Assembly (NCBI GenBank): GCA_902802905.1
Contig: CADCNT010000010.1
Coordinates: 2,393-66,392 of the forward strand
DNA length: 64,000 nt
Source of the DNA: an uncultured Erysipelotrichaceae bacterium
GTDB taxonomy: Bacteria; Bacillota_I; Bacilli_A; RFN20; CAG-826
Direction of reading: 5' to 3'
Shown here: positions 22,347-33,386 of the stretch, one piece after another
How the letters are laid out: the number at the start of each line of letters is the position of its first letter
Position numbering within the stretch: position 1 is the stretch's first letter
The notes under the pieces: model-generated
Told to the model about the DNA's origin: nothing
The model's database searches: none
Seen by the model: only the letters and a program-made list of their open reading frames with translations
Program-made: the position numbers and the translations under genes

Positions 22347-23201
22347 ATGAAAAAGAAAAAGTCGGTTTTTTCTAACACTGATTATCAATATTCTTCTTTG
22401 CCTACTACTAGAAAAGAAGCTTTTAAAGATGTTTATAAGCATAATTTCAAAACCATTACTTTATCAGGTTTAACACTTTTACTTTTCGCCATTCCTTTAA
22501 TCATCTTCCTAGTAGCAATGGATTTTGGAAAACTAGGAATGACACCTGATAGATTTAATGAGCAAGAGTTAAGAGCAGTATTACTCTTATGGGATATTAT
22601 TGTGAATGCTGGCGCCATTGTTTTACTTTATTCTGTTTTAATTGGCCTTATGGGAATAATGAGAGTTCTCAAACTTTTAGTGTGGCAAGAAGGTATAGAC
22701 TTCTGGCATGACTTTAAAGTTGGAATAAAAGAAAACATCAAATATTTCTCTTTGTTGTATTTGTTTGGCTCTCTTATATATTTAGGAACTTACTGTGTAT
22801 ATATCTTTTTACTCAACTTCCTAATTGGTATTTGGCTAATTATTCTATTTATTATCATCTTTGTTTCAATTGGAATATGGGCTTATTTTGTGATTAATGT
22901 CTATCAAACAACATTATGGAATTACATTAAAAATGGGTTGTTCTTCTTTTCTAGAAGTCTTCCATTAACTCTCCTTTATGTTGTGATGATTGTGTTTCCG
23001 TTTTTCTCTATTTTCATTCCTGTTTCTGGACTTACGATTGTGATCAAATATCCTGTAATGATTGCTATGTTGATATTCCATTATCCATTTTTAATAATTG
23101 TTGGATATCTATATTCACTGACTAAATTTGATCTTTATATTAATAAAGATAATTACCCTGAAATTTATCGCAAAGGATTATACAATCTCAACAAAAAGTA
23201 A
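22347..23201 (+). CDS. Integral membrane protein, YesL/DUF624-like
   Basis: About 6 hydrophobic segments, DFKVGIKEN motif, sugar ABC context. Confidence 0.6.
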   Translation: MKKKKSVFSNTDYQYSSLPTTRKEAFKDVYKHNFKTITLSGLTLLLFAIPLIIFLVAMDFGKLGMTPDRFNEQELRAVLLLWDIIVNAGAIVLLYSVLIGLMGIMRVLKLLVWQEGIDFWHDFKVGIKENIKYFSLLYLFGSLIYLGTYCVYIFLLNFLIGIWLIILFIIIFVSIGIWAYFVINVYQTTLWNYIKNGLFFFSRSLPLTLLYVVMIVFPFFSIFIPVSGLTIVIKYPVMIAMLIFHYPFLIIVGYLYSLTKFDLYINKDNYPEIYRKGLYNLNKK

Positions 23202-23272
23202 TTTTTGTTCAATAAAACGAAAGAATTGCTATACCTGTTGCATTACCTTATAGATATAAGAGGACATAATTT

Positions 23273-24940
23273 ATGAAAAAATCACATTCATTTATTTTTG
23301 CTGGGTTTTTGTCTTTGTCTTTAATTTTGGCTGCCTGTGGGGCTCAGCCAGAAAAGAAGTACACAATTACATTCTTGGATGAAGACCAAACAGAATTAAG
23401 CGTCATTAAAGTCAAAAAAGGCGAAATGCCTGTTTATGATAAGGAAGAGCCTACCAAAGCATCAACCGCTCAATTTAGTTATGTTTTTAGTGGCTGGTCT
23501 CCAGAATTAGTGGAAGCCACTGAAGATGCGACATATACCGCAACTTATGCTTCTACAGTTAGAAGTTATACAATCACATTCTATGATGAAGATGGCACAA
23601 CTGTTTTAGATAGTAAGTCTGTAGAATACGGCACTGTCCCATCTACAAGTGTTGTTCCAACCAAAGCATCAACTGCGACAACCGATTACAAATTTAATGG
23701 TTGGGATCCAACTCCTGTTGCCGTAACTGGTGAAGCAAGTTATAGAGCAACATATTCTGAAAGTGCTAGAGAATACACCATTCAATTCGTTGATGGCGAT
23801 AAAGTATTACAATCTGGCAAGCTTCATTATGGAGATATGCCTGAATATAAAGGCAATGAGCCAACAAGAGAACCAAGTGAAGATTACACTTATATTTTTG
23901 AAGGTTGGGATAAAGCAATCGCCGCTGTTAGTGGAGATGCAACATATACTGCAGTCTTCCATGAAATTGACAAATTTGGTGTTTGCGCTCACTGTAACAA
24001 ATTCTTAGGATCTGAAAAGATTGCTGATTATTCAATTAAGGATTCCAAAATCAATGAAGTCGCTACTCCAGCAGTTGGATTTAATACAGTATATGGCAAA
24101 GCCAGTTTTGATAATGGCCCAGCAGGTATTGATTTAGATATTTCCAAATACGCTACAGTTTATTTTGCTCTAACTCATAGCATGACCTACTTATATGTCT
24201 TTGGTGGAAATGATGATTATGCAAAATTATATAACTTGGGATGGTTCCAATTTGTTTTGCAAAAAGATTCTGATTTAAAATGGCATGCTTATTACAAACT
24301 TGAAACTGAAAAAACTTGGATAGAATCTAAGCTCGATGACGGTGATAAAACTGCAACTAACTTATCTTCACTTCTCAAATTATATAACTGGAGCGAAGAT
24401 GAACGCGCTGCAGCTCAATTATTATGTACAGAAATCTATGCCTCTGATGCACATGAACACGCACCTGATGAATATGGCATTTGTAAGTTCTGTGGTATTT
24501 TAGCTGATAGTGAGCAAGTGTGTGACGCCGCTGTTAAAAACGCTCAACCAATTAATGAACCAGCACCAAAAGGATTTGAAATTGTTTCTTCTGTTACTGG
24601 ATTATCAAGCGGCAACGTTGGAGCAAGCTTCGATGCTACAAAATATAATAAGTTATACTTCTCCTTATGGCATGATATCTCATACGTCTACGTTTTTGGT
24701 GGAGATAGTAATAGCCCAACATTATGGCAAGCAGATTGGTATAACATTATGCTTGTTAAGGGTGAAAGCGGATGGGTGTCTTATTTCAAAAAAGCATCTG
24801 ATAGTACCTGGACAACAGATAAGACCAAAGTTGATGGTAAGAATGATGAAAACTTCTCCTCTATCTTGAGATTATATAACTGGTCGTCTCTACCTGGCGC
24901 TACAGTTAAATGTACTGAAGTTTACGGTGTTTTAGCCTAA
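23273..24940 (+). CDS. Lipoprotein: three InlB B-repeat/Flg_new-like units plus two copies of an uncharacterised ~140-aa module
   Basis: Lipobox LAAC; 3x YTI.F.D...G..P...Y.F.GW...YTA; 2x H..D..G.C..C...P..GF...YF.L.H...YVFGG...LYNW...CTE.Y. Confidence 0.8.
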   Translation: MKKSHSFIFAGFLSLSLILAACGAQPEKKYTITFLDEDQTELSVIKVKKGEMPVYDKEEPTKASTAQFSYVFSGWSPELVEATEDATYTATYASTVRSYTITFYDEDGTTVLDSKSVEYGTVPSTSVVPTKASTATTDYKFNGWDPTPVAVTGEASYRATYSESAREYTIQFVDGDKVLQSGKLHYGDMPEYKGNEPTREPSEDYTYIFEGWDKAIAAVSGDATYTAVFHEIDKFGVCAHCNKFLGSEKIADYSIKDSKINEVATPAVGFNTVYGKASFDNGPAGIDLDISKYATVYFALTHSMTYLYVFGGNDDYAKLYNLGWFQFVLQKDSDLKWHAYYKLETEKTWIESKLDDGDKTATNLSSLLKLYNWSEDERAAAQLLCTEIYASDAHEHAPDEYGICKFCGILADSEQVCDAAVKNAQPINEPAPKGFEIVSSVTGLSSGNVGASFDATKYNKLYFSLWHDISYVYVFGGDSNSPTLWQADWYNIMLVKGESGWVSYFKKASDSTWTTDKTKVDGKNDENFSSILRLYNWSSLPGATVKCTEVYGVLA

Positions 24941-24955
24941 TTTATTTATAAAAAT

Positions 24956-24990
24956 AAAAAACTGGCAGTTTATAAAAATTGCCAGTTTTT
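24956..24990 (+). terminator. Intrinsic terminator
   Basis: AAAAACTGGCAGTT...AATTGCCAGTTTTT. Confidence 0.8.
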
Positions 24991-25163
24991 ATATGCCATT
25001 GCAAAATAAAGGAAAAATTTTGAAAAATAGAGAATATAAGGAGACCATATAGGCCGTATCATAAAACCATAAATAAAAGTTTTTGTTATATAACATGCGG
25101 AGATTTGTTCTTTTGCGTAGTTTATTTCAAGAATTTAATTATTTCATAATTAGGAGGATAATT

Positions 25164-26495
25164 ATGAACAAGAAATTTACATTAACTAGTTTGTTAGCAG
25201 TTACAACACTCGCGGTGGTCGGTGTCATGGCTGTTACACAAGCTCCTCAATCTGCAAAACTTTTTGCTAATAACCCAGGTGGCGAGTGGCATCACTATCT
25301 AGAAAGTGATCCTCAACTCGATAGCCATGGCAAATCTACCAAAAGGGGCACGAAAGAATATTGGGTTGAATGTGGCGGCGGATATCAATTTACTGAACCT
25401 TCTACCGGAACAATTATTGAAGAAGCCGGCGCACCTAATACCAAAGAATTTGCTGCAAACGATAGTCGTTGGTCAGATTCTGATGATAACTATTGTGATG
25501 TACATGGACATAGTTTTGATTCTCATGGTGTTTGCGAACATTGTAATGCACTTAATGGTGGTTCCGTGATAGCTCCAAGAGCAATTGCTAATGCATCTGC
25601 ATCGGCTGAAGCAGCTCCATTAGGATTTACATCTGTTTCTACTGTTAATGGCGTAACACACAACACAGGTATCGGATATAACGTTGATGTTACCGCATAT
25701 AGCGTTTTGTATTTCTCTCTTTATCATAGCGCTTCTTATGCATATGTCTTTGGTGGCGATGGCCCAAGAATGTGGCAGTCAGATTGGTACAATATTTTAT
25801 TAATTAAAGGCCAAGATGGTTGGGAAGCAATAGCTAAAAAAGCAACTGAAACTGCATGGGATGATACTCGTACAAAAGTTGATGGCGCTACCGATCAAAA
25901 TTTTAGTAGCATCCTTAGAATGGCAAATTTTGAAAGTGAATTATCTAGTGCAAATATTAAATGTACTGAAGTTTATGGTATTTTACCTCCTCATAGTCAT
26001 TCACTTGATGAATTTGGTATTTGTACTATTTGCAAAGAATTTGTTGGTGCAACCAAACTTGCTGATTCAGCACTTTCCGAAAAACTTGATCCAGAAAATA
26101 ATCCTGCTGCTCCTGCCGGATTTGAAACCTCTGTAAGATCTGTCGCAACTCATAACTCAGGAGATAGAATTGCAAGTATTGATTGTTCTAACAAGAGCAA
26201 ATTATATTTCGCCCTCTATTCACCTGATTTCAATATTCAAATTTGTGATGGTGGTGGAAAGAGCTTCGAAAAAGGCGAATGGATTTATGTCTTCTGTGAC
26301 CACACTGGAGGATCCGGTAGCAATTTGTGGACAGTCTATGGCAGAAAAGCAAGTGAAAGTTCATTCAGTTTGTTGAAAGAATTCACAAAGGGTGGAAGTA
26401 CAAACTTAAAATATTTCTTTACTATAGTTAACTGGTCACAATCAAAAGGCGATTTCAGTATGTTCTCCACAGAAGTATACTCGATGTCATTCTAA
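25164..26495 (+). CDS. Secreted protein with two copies of the same uncharacterised module
   Basis: RBS AGGAGG before ATG 25164, signal peptide, WHHY...KEYWVEC N-domain, two HxxDxxGxCxxC...TEVY modules. Confidence 0.78.
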   Translation: MNKKFTLTSLLAVTTLAVVGVMAVTQAPQSAKLFANNPGGEWHHYLESDPQLDSHGKSTKRGTKEYWVECGGGYQFTEPSTGTIIEEAGAPNTKEFAANDSRWSDSDDNYCDVHGHSFDSHGVCEHCNALNGGSVIAPRAIANASASAEAAPLGFTSVSTVNGVTHNTGIGYNVDVTAYSVLYFSLYHSASYAYVFGGDGPRMWQSDWYNILLIKGQDGWEAIAKKATETAWDDTRTKVDGATDQNFSSILRMANFESELSSANIKCTEVYGILPPHSHSLDEFGICTICKEFVGATKLADSALSEKLDPENNPAAPAGFETSVRSVATHNSGDRIASIDCSNKSKLYFALYSPDFNIQICDGGGKSFEKGEWIYVFCDHTGGSGSNLWTVYGRKASESSFSLLKEFTKGGSTNLKYFFTIVNWSQSKGDFSMFSTEVYSMSF

Positions 26496-26514
26496 TCAAA
26501 TAATTAATTTAAAA

Positions 26515-26552
26515 AATGGCCACTCTTAATCGATTTATGATGGGTGGCCATT
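26515..26552 (+). terminator. Stem-loop, probable terminator
   Basis: AATGGCCACTC...GGGTGGCCATT. Confidence 0.6.
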
Positions 26553-26635
26553 ATTTATACTCTTATTAGCAAATTCTCAATACTGGTTAATAGTAATTGA
26601 GAAGAAAATAATAATATATACACGGAGGAACAAAC

Positions 26636-29275
26636 ATGAATAATAAAAAGAAATTAATCCTTACTTCGTTTGTAGCTTTAGCTACATGCGTTGGTGTTGG
26701 ATTGCAATTTATGTCTAATGTTCCTTTAAGCGTTGTTAATTCTACTAGTGGTGTCCAATGGAGACACTACGACAGAAAAGCCCCTACTCTTGCAGAAAAA
26801 GGCATTAAAGAGTATTGGGCCAATTGTGATGGCCATAATCACCAATTTGTAGCACCAGTAAGTGGCACAGTAGTGGATATGGGGTCAAACTATGATACCT
26901 CTGAATTTACTATTAATGATGATCGTTGGATTACATATTGTGATGAACACGGTCATAATCTAGATCAATATCATGTTTGCAGTAGATGTGGACAATTAGA
27001 TGGAGACTTAATTAGCGCGAAAGCAATTAATGGCTCTACTAGTTCTTCTAGTGTTAACCCTGCTAAAGGCTTTAATAGTGTCTATCTAGCGAGCAATGTT
27101 GCTAGAGGCTCTGAAGTTGGAGTTAATTTAGACATCTCCAGTTATGACTATATTTATTATGCTTTATATGTAGTTCCTCAAGATTACCTCACTTATTTAT
27201 GTGTTTATGGTGGTAATACAGATACATACGCTAAGATGTCTCCTGGTAGTTGGTATTATCTATTACTTTATAGAAACAAACTTAACGATAATAAATTGGA
27301 ACTATATTTTAGACATACGTTAAGTGATAGTTGGGAAAGTAAAGTATTAGATGCTGCTGATCAGACAACAACATCATTTAGCAAAATTAGATTCTATACA
27401 TGGGAGAAAGATAGTTCACAACAATATCTTGTAAATTATTCAGTTTATTGTAGTGAAGTTTACGCAATAGATGCTGAAACATATTGCGCTCATACATTCG
27501 ATGAACATAATGTTTGCACCAAATGTATGAAACATAAAAACGCTGTTCAAGTATATGACTATTCCATTAGTGAATCTACTCCTACAGATATCATTGTGGC
27601 TCCAGTAGGATTTAACAATGTCTATTCTGCAACAGGAAAGCCTTCTGGATATAACGGAGCAGATGTAGATATTACTAAATATAACGTCTTGTATTTAGCA
27701 TTATACGGAACAGAATATTTGCTTCCATATAGTGGAGGAGAAAATGACAATACCCACAAGATTATTGCGGAACGTTGGTATTACCTTCTTTTAGAAAGAG
27801 TCAATGGCTCTTGGACTGGTTATATAAGAGATGGCACATCTGGCTCATGGGTTTCTCGTACAGTTGATGGGCCTAATGATACTAACTTTAAATCCTTATT
27901 AAGACTTTATAACTGGGGAAGTGGAGTGCCATCAATTACAATTTACAATACTGAACTATACGCTGATGAGACTCCGATTACTCCAGAGGAATTAACTGGT
28001 GGCTTAAATATAGGCGTATGGAATGGTTCATATCATTTTATTAATACATCATCAATTGATGACATGGTTGATGCTGGTATTAGCACTGTTATAGGTGTTA
28101 ATCCGCGTTGGAATTCAAACTGGAATAATGTACTTAATTATGCATTGTCTAAAGGCGTGAAATTTATTGTTGATCCACGTGGTTGGGATTCTGAACATAA
28201 ATGTTATGCTGATTGGGATGGAACATGCCCAAGCTACGCTAGTCACGATGCTGTTCTTGGTTTCATAATGTGGGATGAACCAAGCACACTTAAGTTTTCA
28301 GAAATTGCGGATATGAAAGCGCAATTTGACGCTGTTATGCCTGCAAATAAAATCTTCTTTGTGAATTTACTTTCTTCTGCAGCGTCCCAAACTGGTTTAT
28401 TTGGAAGTGAAAGTGTACCTCCAAGTTATAATTACTACGAAACTAATTATGCGCAAGCATATCACAATACAGTAAATCCAGATGTTTATAGTTATGATTC
28501 TTATCCATTATTTACTAATGGACAAATTAGAAAATCATACTTTGCAACACTTGATATCTGGAGCAATTTATCAAAAACAACACATATTCCTACTTGGTAT
28601 ACCTTCTTAGCCTCATCTCATTTATCTGGTGATGGTGATGGATATACATATATATTGCCAAGCAAAGAACAATTAAAATGGCAAATGTCAGTCGCTGTTT
28701 CATTTGGTATCACTAACTTAATGCATTATGTATTTGCTACTGATCAAGCAGACTATACTTGTATGGCAAATATCAATGGAAGCAAGAATGCTTACTTTAA
28801 TACTATCTGTAACGCTGATGAAGAAATGCATTATTTAGATAGTGAACTACCTAAATATACATGGGAAGCTGCGACTACATATCACAACAATTCAAACAAC
28901 GATTCAAAAAAGAATTTATTGTTTAAAGAATTGCAACACACAGTGTCTAATTCACAAGTTGGTATTAATACTATTTCGGCGACATCAGACTTATTAATTG
29001 GCTCTTACATTAAAGGTGATGACCATGCTTATATGGTTGTTAACTCAGGTACAAGCACTGATTATACAAGTATATGGTCCAAAAATTATACTGATTATAA
29101 CGCAAATATTGCTTATGAGAACAACGCAAATACAGTTTCAATTACATTTAGCTCTAGCTATAGCGGTGCTTATGTTATGAAAGACGGAGAAACAACTTAT
29201 GTTTCCGCTAGTAGTAACACAATTAGTATTAACTTAGATGCTTATGGAAGCGCATTTGTTATTCCAGTTAAATAA
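26636..29275 (+). CDS. Secreted modular protein: two uncharacterised modules plus a C-terminal glycoside-hydrolase-like TIM barrel
   Basis: Signal peptide, WRHY...KEYWANC N-domain, two modules, then DAGISTV...[11 protein letters not shown]...VNLL...SYDSYP...LKWQ. Confidence 0.72.
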   Translation: MNNKKKLILTSFVALATCVGVGLQFMSNVPLSVVNSTSGVQWRHYDRKAPTLAEKGIKEYWANCDGHNHQFVAPVSGTVVDMGSNYDTSEFTINDDRWITYCDEHGHNLDQYHVCSRCGQLDGDLISAKAINGSTSSSSVNPAKGFNSVYLASNVARGSEVGVNLDISSYDYIYYALYVVPQDYLTYLCVYGGNTDTYAKMSPGSWYYLLLYRNKLNDNKLELYFRHTLSDSWESKVLDAADQTTTSFSKIRFYTWEKDSSQQYLVNYSVYCSEVYAIDAETYCAHTFDEHNVCTKCMKHKNAVQVYDYSISESTPTDIIVAPVGFNNVYSATGKPSGYNGADVDITKYNVLYLALYGTEYLLPYSGGENDNTHKIIAERWYYLLLERVNGSWTGYIRDGTSGSWVSRTVDGPNDTNFKSLLRLYNWGSGVPSITIYNTELYADETPITPEELTGGLNIGVWNGSYHFINTSSIDDMVDAGISTVIGVNPRWNSNWNNVLNYALSKGVKFIVDPRGWDSEHKCYADWDGTCPSYASHDAVLGFIMWDEPSTLKFSEIADMKAQFDAVMPANKIFFVNLLSSAASQTGLFGSESVPPSYNYYETNYAQAYHNTVNPDVYSYDSYPLFTNGQIRKSYFATLDIWSNLSKTTHIPTWYTFLASSHLSGDGDGYTYILPSKEQLKWQMSVAVSFGITNLMHYVFATDQADYTCMANINGSKNAYFNTICNADEEMHYLDSELPKYTWEAATTYHNNSNNDSKKNLLFKELQHTVSNSQVGINTISATSDLLIGSYIKGDDHAYMVVNSGTSTDYTSIWSKNYTDYNANIAYENNANTVSITFSSSYSGAYVMKDGETTYVSASSNTISINLDAYGSAFVIPVK

Positions 29276-29298
29276 TTTATAGATTAGAGGATTTTGTT

Positions 29299-31101
29299 AT
29301 GGCAAAGAGTAGACTTATTGGTGATTATCCAGTAATTGGTATTCGCCCAACAATCGATGGCAGACGCGGCAAGATTAAAGTCCGTGAGTCTTTAGAAGAG
29401 CAGACAATGAATATGGCTAAGGCCGCTGCTAAATTGATTGAAGAAAATGTTTTCTATTCAAACGGAGAACATGTAAAAACTGTAATTGCAGATACAACAA
29501 TTGGCAGAGTTGCAGAAGCTGCAGCCTGTGCTGATAAGTTTAAAAAAGCGGGAGTAGATATCACTTTAACTGTCACACCTTGCTGGTGTTATGGTGCTGA
29601 AACCATGGACATGGACCCAATGACTATTAAAGCCGTTTGGGGATTTAATGGTACTGAAAGACCAGGAGCGGTTTATCTTGCTAGTGTTTTAGCAACACAT
29701 TCTCAAAAAGGATTACCTGCTTTTGGTATTTATGGTCATGATGTTCAAGACGCTGACGACACTTCAATTCCAGATGATGTCAAAGAAAAAATTTTAAGAT
29801 TTGCTAGAGCCGCAGTTGCCGCCGCAACAATGAGAGGCAAATCATATTTACAAATTGGTTCAGTAACCATGGGTATTGGCGGATCTATTATTGATCCTAA
29901 CTTCTTTGAAGAATATCTTGGCATGAGAGTCGAATCTGTAGATGAAGTGGAAATCATTCGAAGAATGGATCAAGGCATCTATGATTTAGAAGAATATAAT
30001 AAAGCTCTTGCATGGGTTAAAGAACACTGCAAGCCAGACTTTGATAAGAACCCTAAAGAACTTCAAAAGAGCCCTGAGCAAAAAGAAAAGGACTGGGAGT
30101 TCACTGTTAAGATGGCATGTATTATCAAAGATTTATATAACGGGAATAAGAATTTAAAAGGTTGGGAAGAAGAACAAGTAGGACACAACGCGATTGTTGG
30201 TGGCTTCCAAGGTCAAAGACAATGGACAGACTTCTATCCAAACTGTGATTTCCCGGAAAGCATTCTTAATTCTACATTTGACTGGAATGGCGCTAGAGAA
30301 CCATATGTTCTAGCCACTGAAAACGACACTCTAAACGGAGTTTCGATGCTCTTTATGAAATTATTAACAGGAAGAGCACAAATGTTCTCAGATGTCAGAA
30401 CGTATTGGTCAGGTAAATCAGTAGAAAGAGTTGCTGGTTATAAGATTAACGGACACGCTAAAGAAGCAGATGGTTTCTTACATCTTATTAATAGTGGTGC
30501 TACATGTGTTGATGCTTGTGGTGAAGTTAAAGATGAATTAGGCAACCCAGTCATGAAGAAGTGGTGGGATGTTAATGAAGCAGATATTAAGACCATGATG
30601 AACGCAACTACTTGGCCTGCTGCGGATTTAGGATATTTTAGAGGTGGTGGATACTCCTCTAGATTTGTTACTCGCGCAGAAATGCCGATGACAATGATTA
30701 GATTAAATTTAGTTAAAGGATTAGGACCTGTTCTTCAAATAGTTGAAGGTTGGAGTGTTAATCTACCTGATGAAGTGACAGATGTTTTATGGAAGAGAAC
30801 TGATTATACTTGGCCGTGTACCTGGTTTACTCCACGTATTACTGGTAAATATCCATTTACAAGTGCGTATGATGTGATGAATAATTGGGGTGCTAATCAT
30901 GGTGCTATTTCTTATGGACATATTGGTGCAGATTTAATTACTTTAGCTTCAATCCTTAGAATTCCTGTTTGTATGCATAACGTTGATGAAAAAGATATTT
31001 ATCGTCCATCTTCTTGGAGTGCATTCGGAATGGATAAGGAAGGTCAAGACTATAGAGCATGTGAAGCCTATGGTCCAATGTATAAAAATATTAGAAAATA
31101 A
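29299..31101 (+). CDS. fucI: L-fucose isomerase
   Basis: [62 protein letters not shown]. Confidence 0.97.
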   Translation: MAKSRLIGDYPVIGIRPTIDGRRGKIKVRESLEEQTMNMAKAAAKLIEENVFYSNGEHVKTVIADTTIGRVAEAAACADKFKKAGVDITLTVTPCWCYGAETMDMDPMTIKAVWGFNGTERPGAVYLASVLATHSQKGLPAFGIYGHDVQDADDTSIPDDVKEKILRFARAAVAAATMRGKSYLQIGSVTMGIGGSIIDPNFFEEYLGMRVESVDEVEIIRRMDQGIYDLEEYNKALAWVKEHCKPDFDKNPKELQKSPEQKEKDWEFTVKMACIIKDLYNGNKNLKGWEEEQVGHNAIVGGFQGQRQWTDFYPNCDFPESILNSTFDWNGAREPYVLATENDTLNGVSMLFMKLLTGRAQMFSDVRTYWSGKSVERVAGYKINGHAKEADGFLHLINSGATCVDACGEVKDELGNPVMKKWWDVNEADIKTMMNATTWPAADLGYFRGGGYSSRFVTRAEMPMTMIRLNLVKGLGPVLQIVEGWSVNLPDEVTDVLWKRTDYTWPCTWFTPRITGKYPFTSAYDVMNNWGANHGAISYGHIGADLITLASILRIPVCMHNVDEKDIYRPSSWSAFGMDKEGQDYRACEAYGPMYKNIRK

Positions 31102-31126
31102 TTAAAATAATTTAGGGGGATAAGTT

Positions 31127-32737
31127 ATGGCAACTTTATCTTTAAAAAGTATTAATAAAATATATCCAAACAATGTACAAGCAGTGTTTGACTTTAATCT
31201 TGATATCAAGGATAAAGAGTTTATTGTTTTTGTTGGCCCTTCTGGATGTGGTAAGTCGACAACATTAAGAATGATTGCGGGTTTAGAAGACATTACTGCT
31301 GGTCAATTATATATTGATGGATTAATGGTGAATAATGTTGCCCCTAAAGATCGTAACATCGCCATGGTGTTCCAATCCTATGCTTTATATCCACATATGA
31401 CTGTTTTTAATAACATGTCATTCTCTTTGAAACTTAGAAGTATTAAATTCCCTCTTTACGAAGAAAATGCTGAAGCAGATGCTTTAAAAGAAAAGAATCT
31501 AGTCTTGTTTAAAGAAGTCGATAAATTAAATCGTGCGATTAAAAAGAAAAACGAACCAAAAGAATTATTAGATAAAAGAGAAGAGATTCTTGAAGAAATC
31601 TACTCTAATGAAGAAAAAAGAAAAACGATGCTTGTACCTTTAAAAGGTATTAGTGAAGTAGAAATCAAAGATACCGAAGAATTAATCAAGAAGATTAACA
31701 AAGACATCTTAGATTCTAAAAAGGCCCTTGAAAAAGCTAATAAAGATATAGAAAAACTAAACAAGATGCTTTCTAATCCAAAGGCTAATGAAGAAGACAT
31801 CGAAGAGATCAATAAATCGCTTAAAATGCTTAACGAATATCAAAAGCTTACTTCTGAAGGGATTAGTCAAAAAGAAAATCAAATTAAGGCTACAGAAGAG
31901 CAATTAGAATTCTTTAAGAATAACGAAGTGCCTTTAATGAAATATCGTAAACACACTCGTTATGAGATTAAACTGGAAGTTTATAAGACCGCTAAAATAT
32001 TGGACTTATCTAGATACTTATTTAGAAAGCCTGCCGCTTTATCGGGTGGGCAAAGACAACGTGTCGCTTTAGGTAGAGCCATAGTGAGACATCCAAAAGT
32101 GTTCTTAATGGATGAACCATTATCTAACTTAGACGCTAAATTAAGAGCGCAAACTAGAAACGAGATTTCTCGTATTCATGAATCTGTTGGTGCCACTACA
32201 ATTTATGTTACCCATGACCAAACAGAAGCTATGACAATGGCGGATCGTATTGTCGTTATGAAAGACGGATATATCCAACAAATTGGCACTCCGAAAGAAG
32301 TCTATTACAATCCAAACAATATGTTTGTTGCGGGATTCATCGGCTCTCCTGCTATGAATTTCTTTAATGGCAAGCTTATTAAAGACAAATTTGTCTTCTC
32401 TGGAGAAGGAGATGCTTTTGTTAAACTTAGCAAAGAACAAGTTAACTTATTAAAAGATTATCAAGATAAAGAATTAGTGCTTGGCATTAGACCAGAATCC
32501 ATCTTCTTTAAAGGTGATTCAAATAATGCAAAACCATCTAATGAGTTACAATCTGTTTGTGACTTTGCAGAACTATTAGGTCATGAATTAGTGATCTATA
32601 GTGATATAAACGGGCAAAAGTTTATTATTAAAACTTCAATTGAAAACGATATAAATGATCATGACAAAATTAACTTCTTATTTAATGAAGATGCCTTATA
32701 TTTCTTTGACAAGGAAACAACTAGGAGAATTCAATAA
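31127..32737 (+). CDS. msmX: MsmX/MalK-type sugar ABC ATPase with a ~170-aa charged helical insertion
   Basis: GPSGCGKST, FQSYALYPHM, LSGGQRQR, MDEPLSNLD, VTHDQ, C-terminal OB/TOBE region. Confidence 0.88.
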   Translation: MATLSLKSINKIYPNNVQAVFDFNLDIKDKEFIVFVGPSGCGKSTTLRMIAGLEDITAGQLYIDGLMVNNVAPKDRNIAMVFQSYALYPHMTVFNNMSFSLKLRSIKFPLYEENAEADALKEKNLVLFKEVDKLNRAIKKKNEPKELLDKREEILEEIYSNEEKRKTMLVPLKGISEVEIKDTEELIKKINKDILDSKKALEKANKDIEKLNKMLSNPKANEEDIEEINKSLKMLNEYQKLTSEGISQKENQIKATEEQLEFFKNNEVPLMKYRKHTRYEIKLEVYKTAKILDLSRYLFRKPAALSGGQRQRVALGRAIVRHPKVFLMDEPLSNLDAKLRAQTRNEISRIHESVGATTIYVTHDQTEAMTMADRIVVMKDGYIQQIGTPKEVYYNPNNMFVAGFIGSPAMNFFNGKLIKDKFVFSGEGDAFVKLSKEQVNLLKDYQDKELVLGIRPESIFFKGDSNNAKPSNELQSVCDFAELLGHELVIYSDINGQKFIIKTSIENDINDHDKINFLFNEDALYFFDKETTRRIQ

Positions 32738-33363
32738 TGGTTATTGATTTCTTAGGTGACTCTATTACTGAAGGGGCATTAGCGTCAGCCCAAAATAAAT
32801 GCTATGTTGAAAGAGTTGGGCAAATACTTAACTGTAAAGTGATTAACCACGGTGTTAGTGGTACACGTATCGCACGTCAAATAAAACCATCAACAACGCA
32901 TCGCTTTGATTTGGATTTTTGTTATCGTATTAAAGATTTAGACCCGAAAGCGGATTTATTATTTGTTTTTGGTGGTACGAATGATTTTGGACATGGTGAT
33001 GCACCAATTGGGGTTAGTTCTGATTCTGATCCTTCTACCTTTTATGGGGCAATGAATTATCTTTGCGAAAATTTACTTAAGATGTATCAAAGAAAACAAA
33101 TTACATTTATAATTCCTCTTCATAGAAAAGATGAAGATAACCCTTATGGCGAAGGAGAAAAAGAAAGACCATATCTTACTTTAGAAGAATATATAAACAT
33201 AATGATTGAAGTGCTAAATAAGTATCAAATCAATTACTTAGATTTTAGAGAGGATTTTGGTGAAGCAGAAAATAATCCTTTATTCGGGGATGGCTTACAC
33301 CCAAGCGATATGGGCCACGAATTATTAGCCCAGCTCATTGTTAACTATATTAAAAACAAATAA
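32737..33363 (+). CDS. SGNH/GDSL hydrolase (putative carbohydrate esterase)
   Basis: GDSIT, GVSG, GGTND, DGLHP. Confidence 0.92.
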   Translation: MVIDFLGDSITEGALASAQNKCYVERVGQILNCKVINHGVSGTRIARQIKPSTTHRFDLDFCYRIKDLDPKADLLFVFGGTNDFGHGDAPIGVSSDSDPSTFYGAMNYLCENLLKMYQRKQITFIIPLHRKDEDNPYGEGEKERPYLTLEEYINIMIEVLNKYQINYLDFREDFGEAENNPLFGDGLHPSDMGHELLAQLIVNYIKNK

Positions 33364-33386
33364 TTGTTTTAAAATAATTGTAGATT

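Noticed and set aside
31436-31950. Intein in the MsmX ATPase
   Set aside because: No C-terminal HN-(C/S/T) junction or LAGLIDADG motif; the composition is coiled-coil-like.
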